64,000 bases of DNA from Firmicutes bacterium HGW-Firmicutes-12 (GCA_002841595.1 PHAD01000001.1:1415-65414); one strand, 5' to 3'; positions 48,802 to 58,892 are shown, counted from the stretch's first letter. Translations and numbers: made by a program. The notes: generated by a model from the sequence alone, not told the origin.

Positions 48802-51579
48802 TTAATTACTCATAACTGTAGCACAGCGCTGGCATAGTGTGGGATGGTCCTCGTATTCACCGGTTGTTTCGGAATAAATCCAGCAACGTTCACACTTTTC
48901 ACCCGGTGCTTTACCAATAAATACTCCCAGGCCAGGCATTTCATCATTGTAGTAAGCTTCCGCCGGCGCTTCTTCCTTATTTCTTACTACTACATTTGAA
49001 GTAATAAATATTGTTGGAAGCTCTATTTCAAGTTCTTTTAAGAATTCATACCATTCACCTGCTGCATAAATCTGTACCTGTGCATCCAATGAATGACCAA
49101 TCATCTTTTTCTTTCTTGCTTCCTCCAAAGGCTTAGCTACAAATTCCCTTAACGCAAGAATTTTATCCCAGCGTGTCTCAAGGTCTACATCTAGATATTC
49201 TTCATGATATTCTGGCCAGCCTGCTATCTGTACACTTATCTCTTCCTCTTTATGAGGCAAATATTGCCAGATCTCTTCTGTGGTATAGGCGAGTATGGGG
49301 GTAAGCATTTTTACCAACCCAAAGATTATTTCGTGCATAGTTTGTTGAGCACTGCGTCGCTCCAGCGATTCCGGTTTAGCCGTATAAATACGGTCCTTAA
49401 TTATATCCAAGTAGAAAGCACTCATATCTACTGCGCAGAAATTATGGATACTGTGATAAACAACATGAAACTCATAATTCTCATAAGCCTCAGTTACCTT
49501 CTTCACCAGCTTCTGCAACTTAATTAAGGCCCATCTGTCAATCTCGAGCATTTTTTCATAAGGTAAGCTATCTTTTTCCTGATTATAATCATAGAGATTT
49601 CCAATTAAATACCTACAGGTATTACGGATTTTTCGATAGGTTTCAGTTACCTGCTTCAAGATATTCGGTGAAGCAGCCACGTCATTTCGATAGTCCGCTG
49701 ACGAGGCCCATAGTCTTAAAATGTCTGCTCCCATTTGGTCGATAACATCTAGCGGATCTATCCCGTTTCCAATAGACTTTGACATTTTCCGACCTAATTC
49801 ATCAACAAGAAAACCATGAGTCAAAACAGCCTTATATGGTGCAATACCACGTACAGCTACTGAGGTTGATAAAGATGAATTAAACCATCCTCTATGCTGA
49901 TCGCTACCCTCCAAGTATAAATCAGCAGGCCAGGATAGCTCTGGTCTTTGTTCAAGCACGGCAAAATGACTTGACCCGGAATCAAACCAAACATCCATAA
50001 TGTCAGTTTCTTTACGGAACTTTTCTCCTCCGCATTCTGAGCAAACAAGACCAGGAGGAATAAGGTCCGCAGCATCTCTCGCCCACCAAACATCAGAACC
50101 ATACTCTGCAACCAAATCTTGCAGATGTTTTATTGTCTCATCATTTATTATCTCTTTATTACAATCAGCACAGTAAAAAATAGGTATTGGTACACCCCAG
50201 GTGCGCTGCCGCGAGATACACCAATCTCCCCGATCAGCTACCATATTATGAATTCGGTCTCGACCCCAAGACGGAATCCAGTTAACCTCATCAATAGCTT
50301 GTAGCGCCTTTTCACGGAAACCATCAATAGAAGCAAACCATTGCTCCGTTGCCCTGAACATAACAGGCTTTTTGCAGCGCCAACAATGCGGAAACTGGTG
50401 CTTAATAAAGCCCAGTGAAATAAGCTTATCTTGTTCCTTTAATTCTGCCGTTATAGCTTTGTTGGCATCATCAACAAACATACCTGCAAACTTCCCGGCC
50501 TCTGCAGTAAAACGTCCTTGATCATCAACCGGGGAGAGTACTTCGAGATTATATTTTTTCCCAACTTCAAAGTCTTCTACACCATGCCCCGGAGCTGTAT
50601 GCACACAGCCTGTTCCCTGTTCCGTAGTAACATGATCTCCTAATATAACGACAGATTGTCTCTCGAAGAAGGGATGCTTACAGATAACACCTTCTAAGTC
50701 CTCACCCTTGTATGTTTCTTCAACATGATTTTCAGGATTGCCGAGCACCTCTAAGAAAGCTTCCTGAAGTTCATTTGCAATAATAAACCTTTCTTCTCCA
50801 ACAACGAGCAGATCATATTGCAGCTCTGGATGTAAGCAGACCGCCATATTAGCTGGCAATGTCCATGGTGTAGTTGTCCAGATAACAAACGATGTATTAT
50901 CCTGACCAAGGAGACCATTTCCTTGAATGACCGGAAATTTAACATATATTGAGGCCGATCTCTTTTCCGCATACTCAATTTCTGCTTCAGCTAACGCCGT
51001 CTCACAAGTAGAACACCAATATACCGGTTTTAGCCCCTTATAAATATAGCCCTTTTTAGCCATTTCCCCAAAAACCCCAAGCTGTACAGACTCGTACTTA
51101 GAATCAAGAGTTATATATGGATTGGACCAATCGCCACGCACTCCAATTCGTTTAAACTGTTTTCTTTGTACATCAACATATTTAAGGGCAAATTCTTTAC
51201 ATTTTTTTCTGAATTCTAGTGGATTTATTTCTTGTCTTTTTAGACCCAGTGCCTTAATAGCCTGTTGTTCAATAGGAAGACCATGAGTATCCCACCCCGG
51301 AACATAAGGTGCATCATACCCATTTTGGCTATGATATTTTACAATCATGTCCTTTAAAATTTTATTGAAGGTCGTACCTAAATGAATATTACCATTTGCA
51401 TAGGGTGGCCCATCATGCAGGATGAACTTAGGTCGGCCAAGGCATGCATCCTGGACTACACGATACAATTCAATGTCCTCCCACTTCTGCAGTATTTCCG
51501 GTTCTCGTTGCGGGAGATTACCCCTCATTGGAAACTCAGTTTGGGGAAGATTTAGCGTTTCATTATACTTCTTTGTCAT
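48802..51579 (-). CDS. ileS: Isoleucyl-tRNA synthetase (type 1, C-terminal zinc-binding)
   Basis: HIGH-type PYANGNIHLGT, KMSKS, and C-terminal CERC..CQRC. GAGGTGG lies 6 nt before ATG 51579 (MTKKYNETLNLPQTEFPMRGNLP); the ORF track starts 9 codons earlier. Confidence 0.97.
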   Translation of the reverse strand: MTKKYNETLNLPQTEFPMRGNLPQREPEILQKWEDIELYRVVQDACLGRPKFILHDGPPYANGNIHLGTTFNKILKDMIVKYHSQNGYDAPYVPGWDTHGLPIEQQAIKALGLKRQEINPLEFRKKCKEFALKYVDVQRKQFKRIGVRGDWSNPYITLDSKYESVQLGVFGEMAKKGYIYKGLKPVYWCSTCETALAEAEIEYAEKRSASIYVKFPVIQGNGLLGQDNTSFVIWTTTPWTLPANMAVCLHPELQYDLLVVGEERFIIANELQEAFLEVLGNPENHVEETYKGEDLEGVICKHPFFERQSVVILGDHVTTEQGTGCVHTAPGHGVEDFEVGKKYNLEVLSPVDDQGRFTAEAGKFAGMFVDDANKAITAELKEQDKLISLGFIKHQFPHCWRCKKPVMFRATEQWFASIDGFREKALQAIDEVNWIPSWGRDRIHNMVADRGDWCISRQRTWGVPIPIFYCADCNKEIINDETIKHLQDLVAEYGSDVWWARDAADLIPPGLVCSECGGEKFRKETDIMDVWFDSGSSHFAVLEQRPELSWPADLYLEGSDQHRGWFNSSLSTSVAVRGIAPYKAVLTHGFLVDELGRKMSKSIGNGIDPLDVIDQMGADILRLWASSADYRNDVAASPNILKQVTETYRKIRNTCRYLIGNLYDYNQEKDSLPYEKMLEIDRWALIKLQKLVKKVTEAYENYEFHVVYHSIHNFCAVDMSAFYLDIIKDRIYTAKPESLERRSAQQTMHEIIFGLVKMLTPILAYTTEEIWQYLPHKEEEISVQIAGWPEYHEEYLDVDLETRWDKILALREFVAKPLEEARKKKMIGHSLDAQVQIYAAGEWYEFLKELEIELPTIFITSNVVVRNKEEAPAEAYYNDEMPGLGVFIGKAPGEKCERCWIYSETTGEYEDHPTLCQRCATVMSN

Positions 51580-51692
51580 TTCTATCCACCTCATACTTTT
51601 TAGCATTACTTATAAATAGAATTCTTGGGTTCAGGTGGTTTTTTTACACCATCTGAACCTTAGAAACCGTTATCCACGGGCTTAGCCCTCGG

Positions 51693-51945
51693 ATAAATAA
51701 TAAAGAACCCTTCCCTATAGGGGACGAGTTCTACCCGTGGTACCACCCCACTAACAGTGATATCTCACTGCCGCTTTGGATCCATATAACCGAGACAAGT
51801 CGGAAAAAAGCTCCTGAGTGATTTTCACCTTTAATAGTTTCAACCCGGCTCTCACCCCCGCGGGCTCGCTGCATAAAACTCCTTTATAGGCTACTTTCTC
51901 ATTCATTGCAATTTTATTTCTATATTTATATTGGATATAACTTAT
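51693..51945 (-). promoter_or_regulatory. T-box riboswitch leader, Ile (AUC) specifier, with an intrinsic terminator
   Basis: Minus-strand reading shows the AG-box GGGTGAGAG, specifier loop GTGAAAATCACTC (AUC followed by A), F-box-like CGGTTA and T-box GGGGTGGTACCACGGG (51734-51749). The terminator stem GAACTCGTCCC/GGGAAGGGTTC (51705-51731) is followed by TTTATTATTTAT. Confidence 0.88.
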
Positions 51946-51952
51946 GAAAAAT

Positions 51953-51982
51953 AGTATAAAACATTTCTTTAGTAAAAGTCAA
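51953..51982 (-). promoter_or_regulatory. Putative sigma-A promoter of the ileS leader
   Basis: TTGACT (51982-51977), 18 nt, TATACT (51958-51953). Confidence 0.5.
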
Positions 51983-51991
51983 ATATTTAAT

Positions 51992-52294
51992 CTACTTAAC
52001 ATCGGTACCGACTCTTTCTAGTAGCTGTTCTTTACTTAATCCCTTAACCTGCACTATCTTGTGTCTACTAGTGTGCCCTGTTACAATTTCAACTGTATTT
52101 CTTGCTATTTTGAGCCACTGCGCAATAAACCTTATACAGGCTTCATTGGCCTCGCCGTCAACAGGTGGAGCTGTTAGCCTCAACTTTAGTGCATCTCCCT
52201 GAATTCCAGATATTTCATTCTTAGCTGCACGAGGCTGTATTTTCAGGCTAAACTGTACCCCTGTATTAGTTTCTGTTATCCTCCATGAAGTCAT
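51992..52294 (-). CDS. yggU: DUF167 (YggU) family protein
   Basis: QPRAAKNEISG..LKLRLTAPPVDGEANEACIRFIA..VEIVTGHTSRHKIV. GGGAG lies 10 nt before ATG 52294. Overlaps the end of divIVA. Confidence 0.8.
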   Translation of the reverse strand: MTSWRITETNTGVQFSLKIQPRAAKNEISGIQGDALKLRLTAPPVDGEANEACIRFIAQWLKIARNTVEIVTGHTSRHKIVQVKGLSKEQLLERVGTDVK

Positions 52295-52781
52295 TAATTT
52301 CAGGCTCCCTTTTTTCTTTAATGCTATCATCCCTACATAAATCATGATCCTCTAACAGTTCAAGCTGCGTTGCCAAAAAACTCTTCAACTTAACTCTCAT
52401 CTGCTTTTCTAAAGCTTTGAGAGTCTCTACCTTTTTGATAGCTTCAGTAACATCATCATGTGCTCCACCAACGATCTGTTCTGCTTTCTTTCTTGCTTCC
52501 CAGATTGCCAACTCTGTTTCTTTCTCAGCATTACGTTTAGCTTCTTCAGCCATCTTCTGTGCAAGCACCATAGTATTTTGCAAGGTTTCCTCTATGTCAC
52601 GATAGCGATCTATATTCTCTTTTTGTCTTCTTATTTCTTCTTGTAGATCGATATTATTTTTATAAAGTGTTTCATAGTCCTTAATTACCTCATCAAGAAA
52701 ATCATCTACATCATCTATATCATAACCACGTAAGCTTTTTTTAAATTCCCTATTATGAATATCTAAAGGAGTTAACACCAC
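52266..52781 (-). CDS. divIVA: DivIVA-domain cell-division protein
   Basis: LTPLDIHNREFKKSLRGYDIDDVDDFLDEV followed by a coiled coil. Confidence 0.88.
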   Translation of the reverse strand: MVLTPLDIHNREFKKSLRGYDIDDVDDFLDEVIKDYETLYKNNIDLQEEIRRQKENIDRYRDIEETLQNTMVLAQKMAEEAKRNAEKETELAIWEARKKAEQIVGGAHDDVTEAIKKVETLKALEKQMRVKLKSFLATQLELLEDHDLCRDDSIKEKREPEINDFMEDNRN

Positions 52782-52795
52782 GAACCCACCTCTTT

Positions 52796-53602
52796 CTAGT
52801 TTAATCTTTTTAAAGAAAGCTTTATTCTTCCCTTTTTAGTCTGACCATGAATACTTTCTATAACAACACGTCCCCTGCCTCTACAGGAAATGACATCACC
52901 TTCATTCAGCTGATAATCTAAGCGTGCAATCTCCTGCCAGTTCACCTTAAACCTTCCCGCTAATATTTCACGTGTCAACTTGCTTCTTGAAGTAGCAAAA
53001 CCGGCTGCCGCCACGGCATCTAAGCGTACCGACGATACCGTAGTTTCTATTATTTTACTGTCTTTATCTTCTGTTTGAAAGCTACCGGGTTCAATTTCCT
53101 TAATCTGCAAGGGTACTCCTTTAACCTTAAGGGGTTGTTGTCCAAGATAATCTGTAATCTCACGAGCAACTGCAATAACACAACCTTTCTCCAAGGGCCA
53201 TATATCGCCTAGCTTTTCACGCCTTATACCCGTACCTAAGAATGTCCCCAGAAAATCCCTATGAGTAATTTTGGCAGCTATATACTTTTGGGGTGGGCAG
53301 TTCCCTTCACAGTCCAGTAAGGCAACATATTCTTCGTTCGAAGCTAGCTCACAAAATTGGGGACATATTATTAATCGCTTTCTCTCAGAATTTATACTGC
53401 CGCCATCAAAAATAAAATTTACCTCAGGATAATTGATTATTAGGCGATTTGACAATTGTTGAAGGTGAGGATCAATAAAGTCAGTTGTCTGTATCCTCCT
53501 GGTTCTTTCCGCTATGTGCACCTTATCCAAAAGCCTTGCCATGTAGTGTTTTTCTTCTTCAGTAGTTAAAGGACCTAAGGATAGTCTCTCTTCCTTATTC
53601 AT
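52796..53602 (-). CDS. ylmH: YlmH-like S4-domain RNA-binding protein
   Basis: C-terminal S4 motif VRLDAVAAAGFATSRSKLTREILAGRFKVNW. Syntenic position before divIVA. Confidence 0.8.
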   Translation of the reverse strand: MNKEERLSLGPLTTEEEKHYMARLLDKVHIAERTRRIQTTDFIDPHLQQLSNRLIINYPEVNFIFDGGSINSERKRLIICPQFCELASNEEYVALLDCEGNCPPQKYIAAKITHRDFLGTFLGTGIRREKLGDIWPLEKGCVIAVAREITDYLGQQPLKVKGVPLQIKEIEPGSFQTEDKDSKIIETTVSSVRLDAVAAAGFATSRSKLTREILAGRFKVNWQEIARLDYQLNEGDVISCRGRGRVVIESIHGQTKKGRIKLSLKRLN

Positions 53603-53862
53603 TATAAATAACTTAAAAGATTAAGTACTAACATTTCGAGCACCTGCAGAACCAAAAGTGCGAAAAGAGGCGAAAAGTCTATCATCATTTTTCTACCCAT
53701 TAGCTTTCTGAATGGTGCTAAAGCAGGCTCAGTAACCTCATAGATAAATCTGAAAATAGATTTATACGGATCATGCGGTACCCAAGAAAGAACAACGCGT
53801 ATAATGATCAACCAATAATAGACATCAAAGGCTATACGAATATAAGGAATAAACCGATACAT
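53602..53862 (-). CDS. ylmG: YggT/YlmG family membrane protein
   Basis: 86 aa with the YggT pattern IIRVVLSWV..P..F.Y.VTEP.L.PFR. Confidence 0.82.
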   Translation of the reverse strand: MYRFIPYIRIAFDVYYWLIIIRVVLSWVPHDPYKSIFRFIYEVTEPALAPFRKLMGRKMMIDFSPLFALLVLQVLEMLVLNLLSYL

Positions 53863-53887
53863 ATTTCACGCTCCCAATATAAAATTA

Positions 53888-54688
53888 CTATAATTGCTCT
53901 GCTCTTTTTGCCGCAGCTAGTACTGTTTCCATTAAGGTTCCCCTCAGTCCTGCTTTTTCCATTTGAAGTAGCCCGTAAATAGTTGTTCCGGCAGGAGATG
54001 TAACCATATCTTTTAACTGTCCTGGGTGCTTTTTCGTTTCTTGCACCATCAGAGCAGCTCCCTTAACCGTATCGACTGCAAGCATATATGCGATATCACG
54101 TGAAAGTCCCGCCAGGACTCCCCCATCAGCCAAGGCCTCAATCATTAGATAAACAAAGGCCGGCCCACTCCCACTCAATCCTGTCACTGCATTAAACATA
54201 GTTTCCGGCAATACATTTACACGGCCAACAGCCTCAAAGATCGTTAATACTTCCTGTAGTTGTATGTCCGTAGTATTGGTTCCCCCTGTCATAACAGTAG
54301 TACCTTCTCCTATTAAGGCAGGAGTATTGGGCATTACGCGTACCACATTACTACCAACTGGCAATAATGCTTCTATTTTGGCAGTAGTAACACCCGCTAA
54401 AATAGAAACAAGTATCTTTTCATTATTGAAGCTTGTAACAAAACTTTCAACTGCCGCAGTGAGGTTCTGCGGTTTAACTGCTAATAAAATAGCCTCTGAA
54501 TGGTCTACCAAATCCTCATTATCCTTAGCCCTTACAATACCATATTCTTTATGAAGATAGTCCGATCGCTCTTGACTTTTTTCACTAATCCAGATATTTT
54601 CCGGGTTTATACCCTTGGTCAAAAGTCCTTTGATGATGGCTTCTCCCATTGCCCCGGCACCAATAAAACCAATTCTTTTAAAATTCAA
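53888..54688 (-). CDS. proC: Pyrroline-5-carboxylate reductase
   Basis: IGFIGAGAMGEAI, RVMPNTPALIGEG and SPAGTT motifs. Confidence 0.93.
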   Translation of the reverse strand: MNFKRIGFIGAGAMGEAIIKGLLTKGINPENIWISEKSQERSDYLHKEYGIVRAKDNEDLVDHSEAILLAVKPQNLTAAVESFVTSFNNEKILVSILAGVTTAKIEALLPVGSNVVRVMPNTPALIGEGTTVMTGGTNTTDIQLQEVLTIFEAVGRVNVLPETMFNAVTGLSGSGPAFVYLMIEALADGGVLAGLSRDIAYMLAVDTVKGAALMVQETKKHPGQLKDMVTSPAGTTIYGLLQMEKAGLRGTLMETVLAAAKRAEQL

Positions 54689-54693
54689 TACCC

Positions 54694-55161
54694 TTACCCC
54701 CTGCTAAATTCTGTGCCCTGATTAAGCTTATTTATCCATGCAAAAACCTCTTTGGGTTGACTCATGGAATTAATATCTCCAGATATGTCTACGTTACTTG
54801 GAACTGCAATAATAATGCCCGCACCTATTTTTTGTAATGTTCCGCCCAGTGCATACGCGGTACCACCTACAAAATCAATAATTCTCCGAGCGGTGCTTAT
54901 ATCCATATTCTCTAAATTAATTATGACTGTACGCTTGTTTTTTAAGCTGTCCGAAATCTGTTGACAATCATCAAAGACAACCGGTTCAATTAGTACTACT
55001 TTGATTTGTTCTTTACTTGTATTAAAAGGAACCAATTGCCCTTTAGATTTGCGCTGTTTCAATTCTGGCATGTCATCTATCATATTCTCTTGCTCTGTTA
55101 TAACCTCTTCTCTAATCTCTGTAAATCCCATTATATCCAAAAATTTGTCCACTACTCCCAT
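54694..55161 (-). CDS. sepF: Cell-division protein SepF
   Basis: C-terminal SepF core VVLIEPVVFDDCQQISDSLKNKRTVIINLENMD..ARRIIDFVGGTAYALGG. Confidence 0.9.
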   Translation of the reverse strand: MGVVDKFLDIMGFTEIREEVITEQENMIDDMPELKQRKSKGQLVPFNTSKEQIKVVLIEPVVFDDCQQISDSLKNKRTVIINLENMDISTARRIIDFVGGTAYALGGTLQKIGAGIIIAVPSNVDISGDINSMSQPKEVFAWINKLNQGTEFSRG

Positions 55162-55179
55162 TTGTTTCTCCTCCTCAAA

Positions 55180-55878
55180 TCAATTTCGCCTACCAAAAAT
55201 CCTGCTTCCTACCCTAATAAGGGTGGCACCCTCTTCTACAGCTACTGTAAAATCAGAGCTCATTCCCATCGACAGTTCTTTCATTTCTACTCCCTCAATT
55301 TTCATATCTTCAATAGTCTTAGCCAACAACCTGAGTTGTTTGAATACAGGTCTGGCTTCTTCAATATCGGAAACATAAGGGGCAATTGTCATAAGTCCTT
55401 TAATCTTAATTCCTTTTAAAGTAGAAATTTCCTTAATTTCTGTCAATAATTCTTTAGAATCAAAGCCGCTTTTGCTGATTTCACCTGCAATATTAACCTG
55501 GAGGAGTACATCTACTACTATATTTCTAGCAAGGGCCTCACTACTTATGGCTTGAGCCAGTTTGTATGAATCAACAGAATGAATAAGTGCCACTTGCCCA
55601 ATAATGTATTTTATTTTATTTCGTTGAAGCGTTCCGATTAGATGCCATTCAATCTCGTCGGACAACTCCATTTGTTTTTGTATCAATTCCTGCACTCTAT
55701 TTTCACCAAAAACATCGAGGCCTTGCTGAATTGCTTTCCTAATTACTTCTACAGGATGTGATTTAGAAACTGCTATAACCTTTATTTCATCAATATTACG
55801 TTCACTTCTCCTACAAGCCTCAGCAATCTCCTCCTTAACCTCATTCATGTTAGCTCTAATACGATCCATAACACTCAC
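55180..55878 (-). CDS. yggS: YggS/YlmE PLP-homeostasis protein
   Basis: VIAVSKSHP (PLP-binding Lys), FGENRVQE, HLIGTLQRNK and LSMGMSSDF motifs. Confidence 0.9.
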   Translation of the reverse strand: MSVMDRIRANMNEVKEEIAEACRRSERNIDEIKVIAVSKSHPVEVIRKAIQQGLDVFGENRVQELIQKQMELSDEIEWHLIGTLQRNKIKYIIGQVALIHSVDSYKLAQAISSEALARNIVVDVLLQVNIAGEISKSGFDSKELLTEIKEISTLKGIKIKGLMTIAPYVSDIEEARPVFKQLRLLAKTIEDMKIEGVEMKELSMGMSSDFTVAVEEGATLIRVGSRIFGRRN

Positions 55879-55888
55879 TGCACTCCAT

Positions 55889-56986
55889 TCAATCTTTATA
55901 GGTATCTAGCCTTTGCCCTTCTTCTACAAATCCTGGCGTTGCAATAATCCAATTCTTTGATGGGAGGCCTTCTATTGCAACTTTACTACCTACCTTTCCT
56001 ACGATACCTACCTCCTGCCACCTTACAAGACCCTGATCAAGGAGATATACTCCTACCTTATTATCTAGATGTACCAAAACATCTTGTTCTAAGATAATCC
56101 CCTCATAATTATCAACAATTATACTTCCATTGATTTTACGATACTCTCTTAGTATAGGAGTAGCTGGAATTTCAATTAATACTCTCATTATCGAATCGTA
56201 ACGTTCTATTTCATCAATAACTCCCTGTATCCGTAAGTTACCTTCAGCCTCAAGCTTAATAACTATCGTGTTTCCAATTTGAATTAGGCTATCATCTGGT
56301 AGTTCTATTTCTGTAAATAAATATTGCGGTGCCAAATTATCAACAATCTTAAACAATCTCTGTCCGGCTTCTATTTCACTATTATTTTTAGTTTCTCCAC
56401 TCTCAACTGCCACTAACCCTTTTTGGAGTTCAACTAATTTGTTCAAATCCAATTGTGACCAAACATCAGGATTGCATAATTTCTCATATCCATCTGTATA
56501 ATATGAAAGCATTCCGGCATAAGGACTCATAATTGGTATTCTTTCAGTTTGTTCAAGACTTGTCCCTATAGTTTTCACAAGATAACCGACAACAGAATTA
56601 TTAGCGACCCTGTCACCTTCCTGATACTTTCTTTCATAACGTCCGCGAATTGGAGAAGTTACGGTTTTCTCGCTTCTTATTAATAAAAAGCTTGCATCTC
56701 TAGTATCTTCCAATACTGAATATTCTACCGGAATGGTTTTAACAAAAAATTGCAGAACAAAAGTTTTAGCATGACCCCTACTAAAATAGATAACTAGAAC
56801 AACAAGAGATAACAGCAGTATGGTCCTTACTATCCGTTTAACCCTATACCTTCTGCCGTTTCTTTTTATTTCTCTCTTTTTATGTGTATCTGCCGTATTC
56901 ATCTTTTGGTCCCGCTTATTCTTATCTTGATTATATATCAAGTATACGTTCTTCTTTGATCTCACGTCCATCACGCCTTGATGCAT
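55889..56986 (-). CDS. Single-pass membrane protein with HlyD/membrane-fusion-like hybrid-barrel features
   Basis: Basic N-terminus plus a TM segment, with lipoyl-like hairpins (SPIRGRYERKYQEGDRV, IMSPYAGMLSYY). The family call is tentative and the start is uncertain. Confidence 0.4.
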   Translation of the reverse strand: MHQGVMDVRSKKNVYLIYNQDKNKRDQKMNTADTHKKREIKRNGRRYRVKRIVRTILLLSLVVLVIYFSRGHAKTFVLQFFVKTIPVEYSVLEDTRDASFLLIRSEKTVTSPIRGRYERKYQEGDRVANNSVVGYLVKTIGTSLEQTERIPIMSPYAGMLSYYTDGYEKLCNPDVWSQLDLNKLVELQKGLVAVESGETKNNSEIEAGQRLFKIVDNLAPQYLFTEIELPDDSLIQIGNTIVIKLEAEGNLRIQGVIDEIERYDSIMRVLIEIPATPILREYRKINGSIIVDNYEGIILEQDVLVHLDNKVGVYLLDQGLVRWQEVGIVGKVGSKVAIEGLPSKNWIIATPGFVEEGQRLDTYKD

Positions 56987-57235
56987 AGTTAAGTCATTAA
57001 GTATTACTAATTCTACAGATAGGAAAAGTTATCCTCCTTAAACTCAATAAAAAACCATAAAGCGAAACTTAATTCAGACGGAATAAAGATAAGGATCATC
57101 TACTTCATAGATGTACAGTGTCTACTAGGCTCAATTTAATCGCCAAGTAGCACTAGCATGAATATTAGTTGAGCCATTCCACGCTAGAAACATTTACGGA
57201 CTTGTTCGTTAGTAGTTACTGTGTGCAAAGCTAGT

Positions 57236-57269
57236 TTAGCGCCGTTTAGAGAAACTTAGCGGCGTTTAG
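57236..57269. repeat. Two 14-nt direct repeats, 20 nt apart, in a 400-nt intergenic region
   Basis: TTAGCGCCGTTTAG (57236-57249) and TTAGCGGCGTTTAG (57256-57269), with one mismatch. Adjacent hairpin AGCTAT-N7-ATAGCT (57268-57286). Confidence 0.6.
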
Positions 57270-57385
57270 CTATCGGACAAATAGCTTAAGCCCACCAATA
57301 AAATCCTTAATTACAGATTTAATCAGTAGGCTATCCTAATAAACTAGCTATTCAAATTTGAAGCTTTTAATCTAATAATTTTTTA

Positions 57386-58051
57386 CTAATCATTTAGTTC
57401 TTTTTTAATCCCTGTTACTAGAAAAATAACTCTTTCCCCAATATTCGTCGCATGATCAGCAATTCTCTCTATATAGCGCCCTACAAACATTAAACTAGTT
57501 GCTTGAGAAATTGTTTTAGGATTTTCCATCATATAAGTCAAAAGTTCTCTTATAACCTGCGCATAAATATGATCTACCTCATCATCGTCCTTACACATTT
57601 GATAGGCAAGCTCTATATTTTCGTAGGCAAAAGAATCCAATGCATCCTTGAGCATTCTTTGTGTTAATAGACTCATACGAGGGATATCAATCAACGGTTT
57701 AATAAGGTCTTCTGCACCGATACGCAAAGTTACTTTAGCAATGTCCTCACAATAATCAGCCATTCTTTCTAAGTCTGTTATAATCTTAAACCCTGCAGTA
57801 ATCCTTCGCAAATCTTTCGCAAAAGGCTGTTGTGTAGCTATTAATCTCAGGCATTTATGCTCAATTTCTTGTTCTAGCGAATCTATTTCGTTCTCCATTT
57901 TTAAAACTTCTTGAGCCAACTTTAAATCCTGAAGCTTTAGCGACTCCACAGAATTATCAAGCATATTCTCAACAATACTTCCCATACGTAAGATATCCTG
58001 TACCAGACTACCCAGACTATCGTCAAAACTCTGTCTTATCACAAGTATCAC
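57386..58051 (-). CDS. phoU: Phosphate signalling regulator PhoU
   Basis: Two PhoU repeats with conserved DLERMADYCEDIA and YIERIADHATNIGE. Confidence 0.9.
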   Translation of the reverse strand: MILVIRQSFDDSLGSLVQDILRMGSIVENMLDNSVESLKLQDLKLAQEVLKMENEIDSLEQEIEHKCLRLIATQQPFAKDLRRITAGFKIITDLERMADYCEDIAKVTLRIGAEDLIKPLIDIPRMSLLTQRMLKDALDSFAYENIELAYQMCKDDDEVDHIYAQVIRELLTYMMENPKTISQATSLMFVGRYIERIADHATNIGERVIFLVTGIKKELND

Positions 58052-58130
58052 TCCCCCTTAATAGCTCTAGAATAAATATCAATACAAACTGTTAGGTATA
58101 GATATTCATTAATCGTAAGTATACTTATGC

Positions 58131-58892
58131 TTAACCGAAGCGCCCTGTTATATAGTCTTCTGTTTGTTGATGACGAGGGTTCGTAAATATTATATCCGTA
58201 GCATCATGCTCAATAATTTCTCCGTTTAGGAAATATGCCGTGGAATCCGATATCCTAGCAGCCTGTTGCATATTGTGTGTAACAATAACAATGGTATAAT
58301 CATTCTTTAAATCCCGTACAAGCTCTTCTATTTTTAGAGTAGAAATAGGGTCTAGCGCTGAAGTGGGCTCGTCCATTAACAGCACCTCCGGTTCAACAGC
58401 TAACAACCTAGCTATACACAACCTTTGTTGTTGTCCACCGGATAATCCTAAGGCAGACTTATACATTCGTTCTTTTACTTCTTCCCATAGGACTGCTTGC
58501 CGCAGGCTTCTTTCCACTATTTGGTCTAGTTTTTTTCTATCCTTAATTCCATGAATACGAGGCCCATAGGCAATATTGTCATAGACAGACATCGGAAACG
58601 GATTAGGTCGCTGAAAAACCATGCCTACCTTTTTACGCAAGGCTACCACATCAACATCCGATTGGTATATCTCTTTGCCGTCAATATAAACCTCACCATT
58701 AGTCTTCACACCATCAATTAGGTCATTCATCCTGTTTAAAACACGCAAGAAGGTAGACTTTCCGCAACCGGACGGACCTATAAATGCGGTTATACTATGT
58801 GAAACAATCTGAATGTTCACATTATTTATAGCTTGATGTTCACCATAAAAGAGATTTAGATTTTTAACCTCTATTTTGTTAATTTCCCGCAT
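58131..58892 (-). CDS. pstB: Phosphate ABC transporter ATP-binding protein PstB
   Basis: Walker [10 protein letters not shown], signature LSGGQQQR, Walker [12 protein letters not shown] and C-terminal YITGRFG. GAGGTGG lies 6 nt before ATG 58892. Confidence 0.92.
   Translation of the reverse strand: MREINKIEVKNLNLFYGEHQAINNVNIQIVSHSITAFIGPSGCGKSTFLRVLNRMNDLIDGVKTNGEVYIDGKEIYQSDVDVVALRKKVGMVFQRPNPFPMSVYDNIAYGPRIHGIKDRKKLDQIVERSLRQAVLWEEVKERMYKSALGLSGGQQQRLCIARLLAVEPEVLLMDEPTSALDPISTLKIEELVRDLKNDYTIVIVTHNMQQAARISDSTAYFLNGEIIEHDATDIIFTNPRHQQTEDYITGRFG

Noticed and set aside
55001-55419. Two overlapping plus-strand ORFs (125 and 137 aa) across sepF and yggS.
   Set aside because: They are antisense to two well-supported conserved genes and are low in complexity.
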